IMG/VR virus record: IMGVR_UViG_3300025769_000044
Reading direction: 5' to 3' (one strand)
Source of the DNA: a virus
Length of the DNA stretch: 33,961 bases
A program made the translations under genes and the position numbers. The notes under the pieces were generated by a model. It did no database searches and was not told where the DNA came from. It worked only from the letters and a program-made list of their open reading frames with translations. Of this stretch, positions 23,368 through 31,986 are shown piece by piece. Position 1 is the first letter of the stretch. Every line of letters starts with the position of its first letter.

Positions 23368-24152
23368 ATTAATTTTGCATTTGTATCAATTGTTCTTTTC
23401 TCTGCAATTTTAAAATACTCTGTGTCAAGTTCAATTCCAATGAAATTGCGGTTTAGTTTTTTACAAACAACGCCTGTGGTGCCACTGCCCATAAAAGGGT
23501 CAAGAATAGTATCGCCTTCGTTGCTCCAAGATAAGATGTGGTCATGGGCAATTTGTTCGGGAAATTGTGCAGGATGACACCTTTTACTGTTAGAAACTTC
23601 TGTATTTATTTCCCAAACATTAAATCGTTGTCCAAACTCTCCTATTTTTTTTCCTTTAGAAGACATAGGCTTTAATGACCCATCTGGCTGTCTTACCGTC
23701 CCATGTTTTATCCCATTGGTTTTGTTTTTTCTGTCCTTTAATGGATTGAATGTCCCTGTTTTACCCTTCATCCAAATAAACATATACTCAAAAACATTTC
23801 CGTACCTAACTCTCAGCGAACCTGTATCTGTGAATGTTTGTTTTTTCCATACCATAGTCTCTATATTGAACCCACAATCTTTTGCCCACAGTGCTTGTTT
23901 AAAAGATGTACCAGTCTCACTTCCTTTGATGGTTGCATCTCCAACAACCCACACTACCCCTCCACCTTGTTTGGTTACTCGAAACAGGTCTTTAATAACT
24001 GCTTTCCAAACGTGTTTTCCCCATGATGCGTTGTTTCCGTTATAAGTGCGTAGATTGTCGTATGGTGGTGATGTAACAGTTAAGTTTATATTCCCATCAG
24101 GGATGTCTTTCATTTTTTCTAAACAATCGCCTTGAATCAGTTCAATCGTCAT
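23364..24152 (-). CDS. DNA methyltransferase, beta-class N4/N6 family (262 aa), orphan
   Basis: Motif IV TVTSPPYDNL lies near the N-terminus and motif I ILDPFMGSGTTGVV near the C-terminus, which is the beta permutation. No adjacent restriction endonuclease. Confidence 0.85.
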   Translation of the reverse strand: MTIELIQGDCLEKMKDIPDGNINLTVTSPPYDNLRTYNGNNASWGKHVWKAVIKDLFRVTKQGGGVVWVVGDATIKGSETGTSFKQALWAKDCGFNIETMVWKKQTFTDTGSLRVRYGNVFEYMFIWMKGKTGTFNPLKDRKNKTNGIKHGTVRQPDGSLKPMSSKGKKIGEFGQRFNVWEINTEVSNSKRCHPAQFPEQIAHDHILSWSNEGDTILDPFMGSGTTGVVCKKLNRNFIGIELDTEYFKIAEKRTIDTNAKLI

Positions 24153-24394
24153 TGACCTAACCCTTTTAATCCTAGTTTACTTCTACGCTTCTCATCTTTC
24201 TCGAAGTGTAACAACATACACTCTTCACTGAGTCTTTCTTCTGTCCATTGGTATTGAGCCTTGGCTACAGAAGTACCGTCATCTCTGCCTATTTCGTAGG
24301 CTACCTTCCATAAATCATGTACTTCTTCTCTGCCTTGGTATAATAATAAATAACTAACACTACATCCTAATATAAATATAAGAATATTACTCAT
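24149..24394 (-). CDS. Small membrane protein (81 aa from ATG 24394; the track starts at TTG 24415)
   Basis: N-terminal TM helix MSNILIFILGCSVSYLLLY. ATGA overlap with the methyltransferase start. Confidence 0.5.
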   Translation of the reverse strand: MSNILIFILGCSVSYLLLYQGREEVHDLWKVAYEIGRDDGTSVAKAQYQWTEERLSEECMLLHFEKDEKRRSKLGLKGLGQ

Positions 24395-24581
24395 TTCTAC
24401 CCCACAAGAAAGCAAGGTAGATTGGAGTGAATATAGCAGTTACTACTAGAAACTCTTGTAATCCTCTCTTATCTTCTACTACAAACTCTCCAACCACACC
24501 TATTAGAATTAAACTAACAATAAAACTTACATACAGTATAAGTACACCATGTTTGATAATATTTAATATACCCATAATCAT
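24387..24581 (-). CDS. Small membrane protein (64 aa, 2 TM helices)
   Basis: GVLILYVSFIVSLILIGVVG and LVVTAIFTPIYLAFLW. Overlaps both neighbouring genes. Confidence 0.5.
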   Translation of the reverse strand: MIMGILNIIKHGVLILYVSFIVSLILIGVVGEFVVEDKRGLQEFLVVTAIFTPIYLAFLWGRNE

Positions 24582-25111
24582 ACTTCATTCCCCCATACGT
24601 CCCATCCTTCTGTTTTCTGTCTAGCAAACAACTCTATCCTAGGTAAGTCTCCACATAACTGAACTATCCTATCCTTAACAACATCTGGTTTCTTACTATG
24701 TCTTTCAATAGGTGTATCTACTACACTATGAACACCAGCACTAACTCTTTTAGGTTTACCTTTTGTAGCTAGTAAACATAGTTCTGGGTTAGCCCTTGTC
24801 CAATTACCCATACCCCAAAACCAACTAGGTTGCAGTTTATTTCTTTTTACCCATGTAAATGCACAAGTCTTGTATGAAAAACCCCAAGAACTAATTACTT
24901 CCATTATATCATTTAGTTTAGGCATAGTAATCCATATAAATAAAATACAATTATCTTCACTTATATCTTTAACTGGTAGGTTACAAACCCACCTATGATC
25001 TTGTACTTTGTATTTAAAACTAGCTCCTCTATTACCTGAAGCAGCTTTATCTCTGTATGACCAAGGTGGGTCTGCATAAATAATGTTATACTTTTTATTC
25101 ACTAGCATCAT
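24578..25111 (-). CDS. MT-A70 family N6-adenine DNA methyltransferase (177 aa), orphan
   Basis: The catalytic motif IIYADPPWSY (DPPW) and the size are typical of phage MT-A70 methylases. Confidence 0.85.
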   Translation of the reverse strand: MMLVNKKYNIIYADPPWSYRDKAASGNRGASFKYKVQDHRWVCNLPVKDISEDNCILFIWITMPKLNDIMEVISSWGFSYKTCAFTWVKRNKLQPSWFWGMGNWTRANPELCLLATKGKPKRVSAGVHSVVDTPIERHSKKPDVVKDRIVQLCGDLPRIELFARQKTEGWDVWGNEV

Positions 25112-25226
25112 AATGAAAAGTAAACCTCACAAGAAAAAAGTCTATAACTAAATACTTATAATCATTAGCATCATGTTGATACTCTACTCCTACCATTACT
25201 CCTGATATTGGTGTAATCTCCCACAT
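25095..25226 (-). CDS. Possible 43-aa ORF in the RNR/methylase gap (below the track cutoff)
   Basis: Hand translation gives MWEITPISGVMVGVEYQHDANDYKYLVIDFFLVRFTFHYDASE. The ATG lies 1 nt after the RNR stop codon. It overlaps the MT-A70 start by 17 nt. Confidence 0.3.
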   Translation of the reverse strand: MWEITPISGVMVGVEYQHDANDYKYLVIDFFLVRFTFHYDASE

Positions 25227-25227
25227 A

Positions 25228-27159
25228 TTAAACCTCACAGCTTCCTGAAGAACAAGCTAACTCTTGTACTCCTTTAACATTATCATCTACTTCTACTAAC
25301 TCATTCCATTTTATCTTTGGAGGAGTGTTACCTAATAGCTTAACATACTCTTCTTTCGTACACTCTTCATATGGAGCTTGTCTATAAGAGCCACCATCAT
25401 AAGGTAGGAATGATATACCTGATATGTCATCAAAGTTCTTCCATACCCATGCCCCTACTTCCATCCATTCCTCTTCCTTAACGCTTATGGTCACAGATGG
25501 CTTATGCTCACACCACTCCTTCTGATACATCATCCACAACTCAAGATGGTCTATAGCTGTTAAATCATCTCTAACTGTAGCACCTTCAGGAGCTTCTATT
25601 GGGAATGAGAATACAACAGTAGAATCAGGTTTCATTACACAGTCTTCAGTATGAACTCCTTGGTCTTTTAAGAACTGGGAAAGAGGGTCTTTTTTATCAC
25701 CACGCACCCTACGAATATAATAACTAGAGTGTCTAGGATGAATACCACTGGCAGAATCAACAAGCTGAGACACAGTACCACTAGGCTTGACACAAGTGAT
25801 AGCAGTCGATTGAGGGATTCCGAGAAGAGTAGATAAGTTAGCGTTTGTTTCAACAGCCACTTGTTTGAGTTCTCGTAAGATTTTTCTTGACCCTTCATTT
25901 ACTTCTCCCATTACTTTGTTATCCAGAATGCCTGTTAATGACACTCCTAGCAGTCTCTCTTCTTCTGTATTCTTCTGCCATACCTTACGCAAGTATGGAA
26001 ACTTAGTAAGTGTAGATTGCCATGTACCTAGTATTGTCGCTATCTCTACTTTGTCTGCTATATCAGCAAATGTGTCTTCTGCTCTGACTACTACCTCAGT
26101 TAAGTTACAGAACTGACCACCTGTTCCTGTAATTGGTTGTCCATTCTTGTCTAACTTGCAACCACGCAAAATAATCTCACTACAAGGGTTTGTGCCAAAG
26201 TCATAATTGATATCTCTTCTACCATTCTTAGCAGCTTGTCTCTTTGATGCTGCCCTACTAAAGATACCACGCTCACCTGACTTACTCTCATACAAGCTAG
26301 ACCATTCCTTCATAAACTGGCTCATATCAGGCTTCTCATCATACATAGCAGAGTTGTTAGCCAATGCTCTCTGTGGATTGTATTCCCACCAGGCACCAGA
26401 CTTACAGGCTCTCATCTTGTCATCTTCTAAGTCTGATAGTGATATCATAGCTGACCTTCTAACACCACCTACAACTACTACTTCACCAATCTTACATAGT
26501 ATATCGTGACAATCAATAGATGATAACTTCCTACCAGCAGCCTGTTTAAACTTGTAGATAGTAAACTGAAACAACTGATTCAATGGTTCTGATCCTGATG
26601 CTCTACCACCAAAGGTTTTTAACCTAGCTCCTGATGGTCTAACTTTAGATAAGTCATACTTAGGTACTTCACCACTATACAATAGGGCTATAAGCTGTCT
26701 AAGAGCCTTTGCCCAACCTTCTTTGCTATCAGCTACTACTATGTTAGTCTCAGACTCAAACAGCTTCTCAGGAACTTCTGGTAGCTTTTCAACGTACTTA
26801 TGCTCTACAGAGAACCCTACACCTGTTCCACAGAGAAGAATATACATAGCTTCATCAAATGCCTTAACATCATCAATAGGAAGATAAGAACAATTATATC
26901 CAGCAGTATTGTCTCTATCTAGTGCCTTACCAGCAGTCATAATAGCCCTCATACTAGGCATTACTTCTAGCTTCTCTATTGCTTCTTGTACTTTTAGTTT
27001 TGTTGGTGTTTCTACTATATGACCATGCTCTGCTTCTAGATGATTAACCATAAAGTCTATATATCTTTGAACAGACTCACTCCAATCTTCTCTTCTTTGT
27101 TGGTCTTCTAGGTATCTTGCGTAACGACTCTTTGCTATAAACTGACTGTATGTATTCAA
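25228..27159 (-). CDS. nrdJ: Ribonucleotide reductase, class II (adenosylcobalamin-dependent) type (643 aa, apparent TTG start)
   Basis: The active-site loop FGTNPCSEIIL (NPC.EI, rather than the class I NLC.EI), the C-terminal redox Cys pair ACSSGSCEV and the size fit phage NrdJ. GGAG-N8-TTG. Confidence 0.8.
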   Translation of the reverse strand: MNTYSQFIAKSRYARYLEDQQRREDWSESVQRYIDFMVNHLEAEHGHIVETPTKLKVQEAIEKLEVMPSMRAIMTAGKALDRDNTAGYNCSYLPIDDVKAFDEAMYILLCGTGVGFSVEHKYVEKLPEVPEKLFESETNIVVADSKEGWAKALRQLIALLYSGEVPKYDLSKVRPSGARLKTFGGRASGSEPLNQLFQFTIYKFKQAAGRKLSSIDCHDILCKIGEVVVVGGVRRSAMISLSDLEDDKMRACKSGAWWEYNPQRALANNSAMYDEKPDMSQFMKEWSSLYESKSGERGIFSRAASKRQAAKNGRRDINYDFGTNPCSEIILRGCKLDKNGQPITGTGGQFCNLTEVVVRAEDTFADIADKVEIATILGTWQSTLTKFPYLRKVWQKNTEEERLLGVSLTGILDNKVMGEVNEGSRKILRELKQVAVETNANLSTLLGIPQSTAITCVKPSGTVSQLVDSASGIHPRHSSYYIRRVRGDKKDPLSQFLKDQGVHTEDCVMKPDSTVVFSFPIEAPEGATVRDDLTAIDHLELWMMYQKEWCEHKPSVTISVKEEEWMEVGAWVWKNFDDISGISFLPYDGGSYRQAPYEECTKEEYVKLLGNTPPKIKWNELVEVDDNVKGVQELACSSGSCEV

Positions 27160-27314
27160 TCTTTTAACTCCTCTTCTAATAAATCCGCTTTATCTTCTAT
27201 TCTATCGTTAAATCTATCTACTATGTCCTCAGATGCTATATCTAATACTTCAAGCAACGAAACTTCATCAAGGTTTTTAAGTCTATCACAGATATCATTT
27301 AATGTCAATGCCAT
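27156..27314 (-). CDS. Possible 52-aa acidic helical ORF (below the track cutoff)
   Basis: Hand translation gives MALTLNDICDRLKNLDEVSLLEVLDIASEDIVDRFNDRIEDKADLLEEELKD. It fills the gap, and its stop overlaps the RNR start (TTGA). Confidence 0.4.
   Translation of the reverse strand: MALTLNDICDRLKNLDEVSLLEVLDIASEDIVDRFNDRIEDKADLLEEELKD
27280..27308 (-). promoter_or_regulatory. Candidate sigma70 promoter upstream of the RNR gene (leftward)
   Basis: The minus strand reads TTGACA-N14-TGA-TAGACT. The architecture (consensus -35, 17-nt spacer, TGn, TAnAnT) matches the other phage promoters. It lies inside the 52-aa ORF. Confidence 0.45.
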
Positions 27315-27315
27315 A

Positions 27316-27690
27316 TTACCCCCAATTCTTCCCTTTTGTTTCTTTTAATAAATCTATCATAGACTTTAAATACCATTCAGCTTTCTCAGCATCTTCTAGT
27401 GGTTTATCTTTATGCCACATTCTGCTAATGTATTTGATGATGTTACCTTGACAATAACTAATAGCTTCAAACTTACCTAGTGTATCTACTATGTAATCAT
27501 ACGTTTCTATAGTTCCTTTGTTATAGTGTGGTGGATGATTAACTTTGTCGTTAGTTGTATTCTCATAGAGATTTAGATTAGAAAGAGGATTACTTCTTTG
27601 TACATAATCTCCTACTGTCTTATCATCTTCTCTATTGTTCTTTTGCATAAAATTATCCATATTCCCCTCATTATCGTTTATGATAGTCAC
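27316..27690 (-). CDS. DUF3310-like protein (124 aa from GTG 27690, or 114 aa from ATG 27660)
   Basis: HPPHYNKGTIETYDYIVDTLG...CQGNIIKYISRMWHKDKPLEDAEKAEWYL matches my recollection of the DUF3310 signature (HY...IE...KY..R...K...DL.KA..Y). Confidence 0.65.
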   Translation of the reverse strand: MTIINDNEGNMDNFMQKNNREDDKTVGDYVQRSNPLSNLNLYENTTNDKVNHPPHYNKGTIETYDYIVDTLGKFEAISYCQGNIIKYISRMWHKDKPLEDAEKAEWYLKSMIDLLKETKGKNWG

Positions 27691-27946
27691 CGCTAACCAT
27701 GTCTAGATACAGACAAAGAGCCTCTCTAGCTCCTTTTACACCGCCCCATACAAAAACGTACTTGTTCTTCTTTTCAAATTCTTGTATAAGAGGATAAAAG
27801 GCGTGCATTACTGGTTCTGCTCCTAACTCAAAACCAACTTTTAACATATAAGTATCTAACATACCATCAGCACTATAAACTTTTTTAAGTTTATCGTCTA
27901 TATAGCAACTTCCTATTATGTTTTTTCTAAAATCTTTAATGTCCAT
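27671..27946 (-). CDS. Hypothetical protein (91 aa)
   Basis: Open frame tightly packed between the phosphoesterase and DUF3310 genes. No motif recognised. Confidence 0.5.
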   Translation of the reverse strand: MDIKDFRKNIIGSCYIDDKLKKVYSADGMLDTYMLKVGFELGAEPVMHAFYPLIQEFEKKNKYVFVWGGVKGAREALCLYLDMVSGDYHKR

Positions 27947-28700
27947 ACTTCTTCCTCAAGTATTTTAAACTAACAAACATCTCATCAAACTGACCGTCAT
28001 GTACGTCATGTAACACCACGATACCTCTCCAGTGAGTATTACCTTGTATACTCATATAGTCCTCATTGTGTAAGTAACAAGAGCCAGCTATGATACAAGT
28101 GATGATAGAACCATCTGCTCTTTTGCCATAGGCTACTTGTCTGCCTTGCTGATGCCCTACTACACAACTCTGGTGAGTCTTGTTAACCATCGCGGAAGCA
28201 GTACCAATAGGTCTACCCATAACACCACTTACAAGGTAATGACTATATACAATCCCGTCAATGCTAACAGTATCAAGGAAACTAAACACCTCCCAACCAG
28301 CCTCTGAGTATCTGAGATCATCTGTACCAATAGTGCCGTCGAGTTTAGAGTCTCCTTCGACTGCTCGGTCAATTCTTTGTTCGTGGTTGCCAAGTGTGAG
28401 AACCATTCTGGGTCTATATTGCTTGAGTTTTTGTTTCTTTCGTTTTTCATTATATTCCCTCAAAGGGTTAAGTAAAATGTTCATACCTTCTTTGGCAGCT
28501 TCTATATCATCTTTGTATCTTCTACCTTCAAACGACTTCTTACCTATATCGAAAGAAGATAGTGATGGCATATCAGCAAAGTCACCAATTTGTACGATAA
28601 CATCAGGTTTCTTATCAACTATATATTTTCCAATCCATTCAAGATAACCTAGTTCAACTCCAGGTTTAACTTGTGTATCAGGTATAATTAAATGTTTCAA
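27936..28700 (-). CDS. Calcineurin-like metallophosphoesterase (254 aa)
   Basis: Motifs LIIPDTQ, QIGDFADM, LGNHEQR and GHQQG follow the metallophosphoesterase pattern. Confidence 0.75.
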   Translation of the reverse strand: MKHLIIPDTQVKPGVELGYLEWIGKYIVDKKPDVIVQIGDFADMPSLSSFDIGKKSFEGRRYKDDIEAAKEGMNILLNPLREYNEKRKKQKLKQYRPRMVLTLGNHEQRIDRAVEGDSKLDGTIGTDDLRYSEAGWEVFSFLDTVSIDGIVYSHYLVSGVMGRPIGTASAMVNKTHQSCVVGHQQGRQVAYGKRADGSIITCIIAGSCYLHNEDYMSIQGNTHWRGIVVLHDVHDGQFDEMFVSLKYLRKKYGH

Positions 28701-29041
28701 GAGTTAGCCTTTCTTAATAGTTCAAAATAATGTTCAGCAGCAACCACACATAAAGGACTACATCTATTTTGCTTAACCACAACAACTGGTTCTGCACCAC
28801 TAGGACAGTTAACTGTAGCTTGTTCATAGAAGCCGTATACAGCAACCCTAGCCCTACTTTTGCATTCAATAGAAACATTTAACTTCTTCCTAGCAACTGG
28901 TGATAGCTGTATATCTTCACCGCCACAACCCATAGATGTTGAACGTACATCATCACTGGTTAACTTGAACTTCTCTATTATCAAGTCTCTTACCCATTGT
29001 TGTAGGCTTCGACCTTTTCCTTTTCTGCTGCTTGTCTTCAA
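28697..29041 (-). CDS. Small PD-(D/E)xK-type nuclease, candidate Holliday-junction resolvase / endonuclease (114 aa, TTG start)
   Basis: GGEDIQL...VSIECKSR gives a D...E.K catalytic pattern. Size and position between the exonuclease and the phosphoesterase resemble the T7 gene 3 slot. AAGGA-N8-TTG. Confidence 0.5.
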   Translation of the reverse strand: MKTSSRKGKGRSLQQWVRDLIIEKFKLTSDDVRSTSMGCGGEDIQLSPVARKKLNVSIECKSRARVAVYGFYEQATVNCPSGAEPVVVVKQNRCSPLCVVAAEHYFELLRKANS

Positions 29042-29291
29042 GTTTAATATCCTTCCGCTTTAGTATCCACTTCTTAGGTATGTTTATCCTACAGTTACTT
29101 TGGTCTTGTGATACAGTATTTGCTAGAGTCAAAGCGTCTTTAGTTTCATCAATAATAAATCCTATACTAGTACAATCATGTAACTCTGACTTAATATTAT
29201 CATCCCATCCAACATCTGCTACTGCGTCTTTCCAATGTACTAGAGTTACTCTGGTAGCATCCAGAGTTCTTCCTTTTTTCTCCGTATCCAT
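28953..29291 (-). CDS. Hypothetical protein (112 aa) overlapping both neighbours out of frame
   Basis: VTLVHWKDAVADVGWDD...CTSIGFIIDETKDALTLANTV looks genuinely coding. The last roughly 29 aa (basic tail EDKQQKRKRSKP...) lie in an 89-nt overlap with the nuclease gene. Confidence 0.5.
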   Translation of the reverse strand: MDTEKKGRTLDATRVTLVHWKDAVADVGWDDNIKSELHDCTSIGFIIDETKDALTLANTVSQDQSNCRINIPKKWILKRKDIKLEDKQQKRKRSKPTTMGKRLDNREVQVNQ

Positions 29292-29926
29292 AATAGTCTT
29301 CCCTGTTCCAATAAGTAGTCACGATTATATTTATACTCTTCTAATACTACTCTGTATAAGTCTTCTTCCTCTTCTAATCCATCAAGTATCTTATTAGCCT
29401 TCTTATCGCCAATACCCTTGATACCTGGTATATTGTCTGTTCTGTCGCCTGTTAACAACTGTTTATAAAAGTTCTTAATAGCTTCTTCTTCTGTAACATT
29501 ATACATTTCATTTCTATGAAAGTTATAATGCCAACCTCTCAAGTTATCTAAGTCTTTATCAATTGAACAGATAACATAATCTCTAGGGTCTAGTTTGTAG
29601 GCTTCTATGCCTATGGCATCATCAGCTTCTTGTCCTTCTTGCATTTCAAAGCCCCATGCTTTTTCCATGTATTCACGCATAAGGTTAAAATGCTTTGGCT
29701 TTGCTATCCCTATCCTGTGTCCTTTGTATGTTTTTGTTACTGCTATATCATCTCTATAGTTGCCTCTACCAGTTAGATAACCTTGTGCCTTTTCACAGTT
29801 TGCATGAATAAACACAAGGTCTTCTAAGTACTCCGCTAGTTTAGCGATAGCGATACGCTCACTAGAATCCTCACAACCAAAACCTACCCTGTAAGTAAGA
29901 ATATCGCCATCAACTAGAGCAATCAC
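29246..29926 (-). CDS. 5'-3' exonuclease / flap endonuclease (226 aa)
   Basis: PIN-like acidic motifs VDGDILTYR, EADDAIG and SIDKDL, plus the H3TH motif LLTGDRTDNIPGIKGIGDKKANKIL. Confidence 0.85.
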   Translation of the reverse strand: MIALVDGDILTYRVGFGCEDSSERIAIAKLAEYLEDLVFIHANCEKAQGYLTGRGNYRDDIAVTKTYKGHRIGIAKPKHFNLMREYMEKAWGFEMQEGQEADDAIGIEAYKLDPRDYVICSIDKDLDNLRGWHYNFHRNEMYNVTEEEAIKNFYKQLLTGDRTDNIPGIKGIGDKKANKILDGLEEEEDLYRVVLEEYKYNRDYLLEQGRLLWIRRKKEELWMLPE

Positions 29927-30333
29927 TACAACACATCCCCATCACCACCGTCTTCAACATCACCTGCATACACCTGTAAATCATTTATTACCATTTTCTT
30001 CAATGTTGGTGACGTACCTTTACCCATCTTACTCTTCCAATCATAGGAAGATACAATGGCTACACCACTAGAACCATTACCAATTGCAACATCTTGTAAT
30101 GAGCTTCCTTCAAGGTCTACAATGTTCAAGGGTCTAACACTACGACAAGTAATAAAGTTACCTTTATCTTCTTTGTTCTTAGCTGTAACTCCTAGTTCAT
30201 CTTGTAATGCTTTCACAGCCCCATCAGATAATTCACATAAGTCTATCTGATACTTTTCTGACAAGTCGTTTGTCTTGTTATGAAAAGCCCACATAACCTT
30301 AGTTTGTAACTTAATTGACTTTCTGGGTTCCAT
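29926..30333 (-). CDS. Putative ssDNA-binding protein, T7 gp2.5-like, with acidic C-terminal tail (135 aa)
   Basis: Lies between the polymerase and the exonuclease. The N-terminus is OB-like and beta-rich. The C-terminus is the acidic tail GDVEDGGDGDVL, as in gp2.5-type SSBs. Confidence 0.5.
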   Translation of the reverse strand: MEPRKSIKLQTKVMWAFHNKTNDLSEKYQIDLCELSDGAVKALQDELGVTAKNKEDKGNFITCRSVRPLNIVDLEGSSLQDVAIGNGSSGVAIVSSYDWKSKMGKGTSPTLKKMVINDLQVYAGDVEDGGDGDVL

Positions 30334-30342
30334 AGATTCTCC

Positions 30343-31986
30343 TTAGTGTGTTTCTTTCCAGTTATTACCTACTTTATACTCACCATCCAAAGGACAGTTT
30401 AACTTCAATGCTCTACCTGCGTTCACTATTGATCTGACACCTAACTGACCAACAAGTTCCGCATCTTCTTCTTTTACTTCTAACTGCCATTCATCATGCA
30501 CGTTTGCTACAAAGTGTGCATCTAGTTCATACAATTTAATATACTTATTAAATATCACAAGAGCCTTCTTCATCACAATAGCACCAGCACCTTGCAATAA
30601 GGTATTTAATGCTGCGTGTTCTGAACGAATAAATAACCGTCTACCGTCTAAGCCTGGTAGTGTTCCCCTCTTTTCTAAGTTCACAGTTATCTTCTCTTTC
30701 AGTTCTGCAAGGGCTGGCACGTTCTTCATAAACTTCTTTATAATAGATGCACCATTTGTGCCTGTGATACTACCTATCTTCTTAGCACCTGCACCATATA
30801 AGAAAGCATAAATAAAAGTCTTTGCTTTGGCTCTTGTATCAAGCCCTGCTGCTAATTGGTTCTTAGTGTGTATGTCTCCATCAACTACCTCCCTTGTGTA
30901 TTCTTCATCATTCATATAGTGAGCTAACATTCTTAGCTCTAAGCCACTAGCATCAATACCTACCAGCTTGTAGTTGGGGTCAACAACCCATTGCTCGCGA
31001 CATTCTGAGCCATATTCTGCGTTTACTGATGGTATTTGTGCTAGGTTTGGACTGTGGTGTGTCATTCTTCCTGTTACTGCTCCGTTGGTAATGACCTTAC
31101 CATGAACCCTGTGTTTGTCTGATACAGCTTCAATCCAAGAGGTAACTTGAGAGAGCCTTTTCTGTAAGAGTAAATATTCACAGATGAGTTTTGCTTCTGG
31201 AATATCAACGTCTCTAAGAACTGACTCGTCAACAATGACCGAGCCTTTGTCTGTGTACTTCTTTGGCTTCCATCCAACTGCTTGTAACCTCTTAGATATC
31301 TGCTGTCTTGATGCTGGATTAAATTCTTCAATATAATCCTTTAACGGCTTTCCTGTTTTTTCTGAGACTCGCTTGTGAACAATGGGCTGAAAGGATTTTT
31401 GTAATCCTTCACATATTTCTTCCATTCGTCCTGACAAAGTTCTGCATAGTCTTTCGCAGCCTTCGACATTGAGCTTAAAGCCTCTGCTGACTTGCTTGCT
31501 GACAATTGCACAAACTTCATGTTCGAGTTCCACACACTCTGAATTAAATCCATGATTTTCTTTCTCCTTCATAAGTTGGTTATACACTTTTTCTAATACC
31601 TTCACATCATTAATACAATATTGTCTCATCTCTTCTGAGTATTGATCGAACTGGTTGAACTCTGTTTTAGGGAAGCCTAGATCCTCTCCCCAAGACGCAA
31701 GAGAGTGCTTTGTCCTCATTGGGTTCAGCAATCTGCTTAACACCAGAGTGTCTAAAACCTGTTGCAGCTTGATTCTTAAACCCCATACCCTGTTTAGAAC
31801 TGGGTAATCGAACCCTATCCCGTTGTGAGCTACTAATACTTTTCCCTGTATCTCTTTTTTTAGACTTTGTGGATCTCTGTGGCACTTAATTATTCCGTTT
31901 GCGTTTGTTACCACTAGATGAATCTTTTGGTGATCCATCGTTGTCTCCACGTCTAAGAATACAAGGTTGCTCTGTTGTCCAATCAT
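30343..31986 (-). CDS. Family A DNA polymerase with 3'-5' exonuclease domain (547 aa)
   Basis: Exo I FLDVETT, Exo II HNGIGFDYPVL and Exo III YCINDVKVL. Pol motif A VGIDASGLELRMLAHY, motif B RAKAKTFIYAFLYGAG and motif C VANVHDEWQLEV. GGAGGGG RBS. Confidence 0.92.
   Translation of the reverse strand: MIGQQSNLVFLDVETTMDHQKIHLVVTNANGIIKCHRDPQSLKKEIQGKVLVAHNGIGFDYPVLNRVWGLRIKLQQVLDTLVLSRLLNPMRTKHSLASWGEDLGFPKTEFNQFDQYSEEMRQYCINDVKVLEKVYNQLMKEKENHGFNSECVELEHEVCAIVSKQVSRGFKLNVEGCERLCRTLSGRMEEICEGLQKSFQPIVHKRVSEKTGKPLKDYIEEFNPASRQQISKRLQAVGWKPKKYTDKGSVIVDESVLRDVDIPEAKLICEYLLLQKRLSQVTSWIEAVSDKHRVHGKVITNGAVTGRMTHHSPNLAQIPSVNAEYGSECREQWVVDPNYKLVGIDASGLELRMLAHYMNDEEYTREVVDGDIHTKNQLAAGLDTRAKAKTFIYAFLYGAGAKKIGSITGTNGASIIKKFMKNVPALAELKEKITVNLEKRGTLPGLDGRRLFIRSEHAALNTLLQGAGAIVMKKALVIFNKYIKLYELDAHFVANVHDEWQLEVKEEDAELVGQLGVRSIVNAGRALKLNCPLDGEYKVGNNWKETH

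Noticed and set aside
31074-31885. Three same-strand alternative-frame ORFs (70-85 aa) inside the DNA polymerase gene, and 25668..25898 inside the RNR gene
   Set aside because: The polymerase and RNR frames carry all the canonical motifs across these intervals. The alternative frames lack RBSs and look compositionally random.
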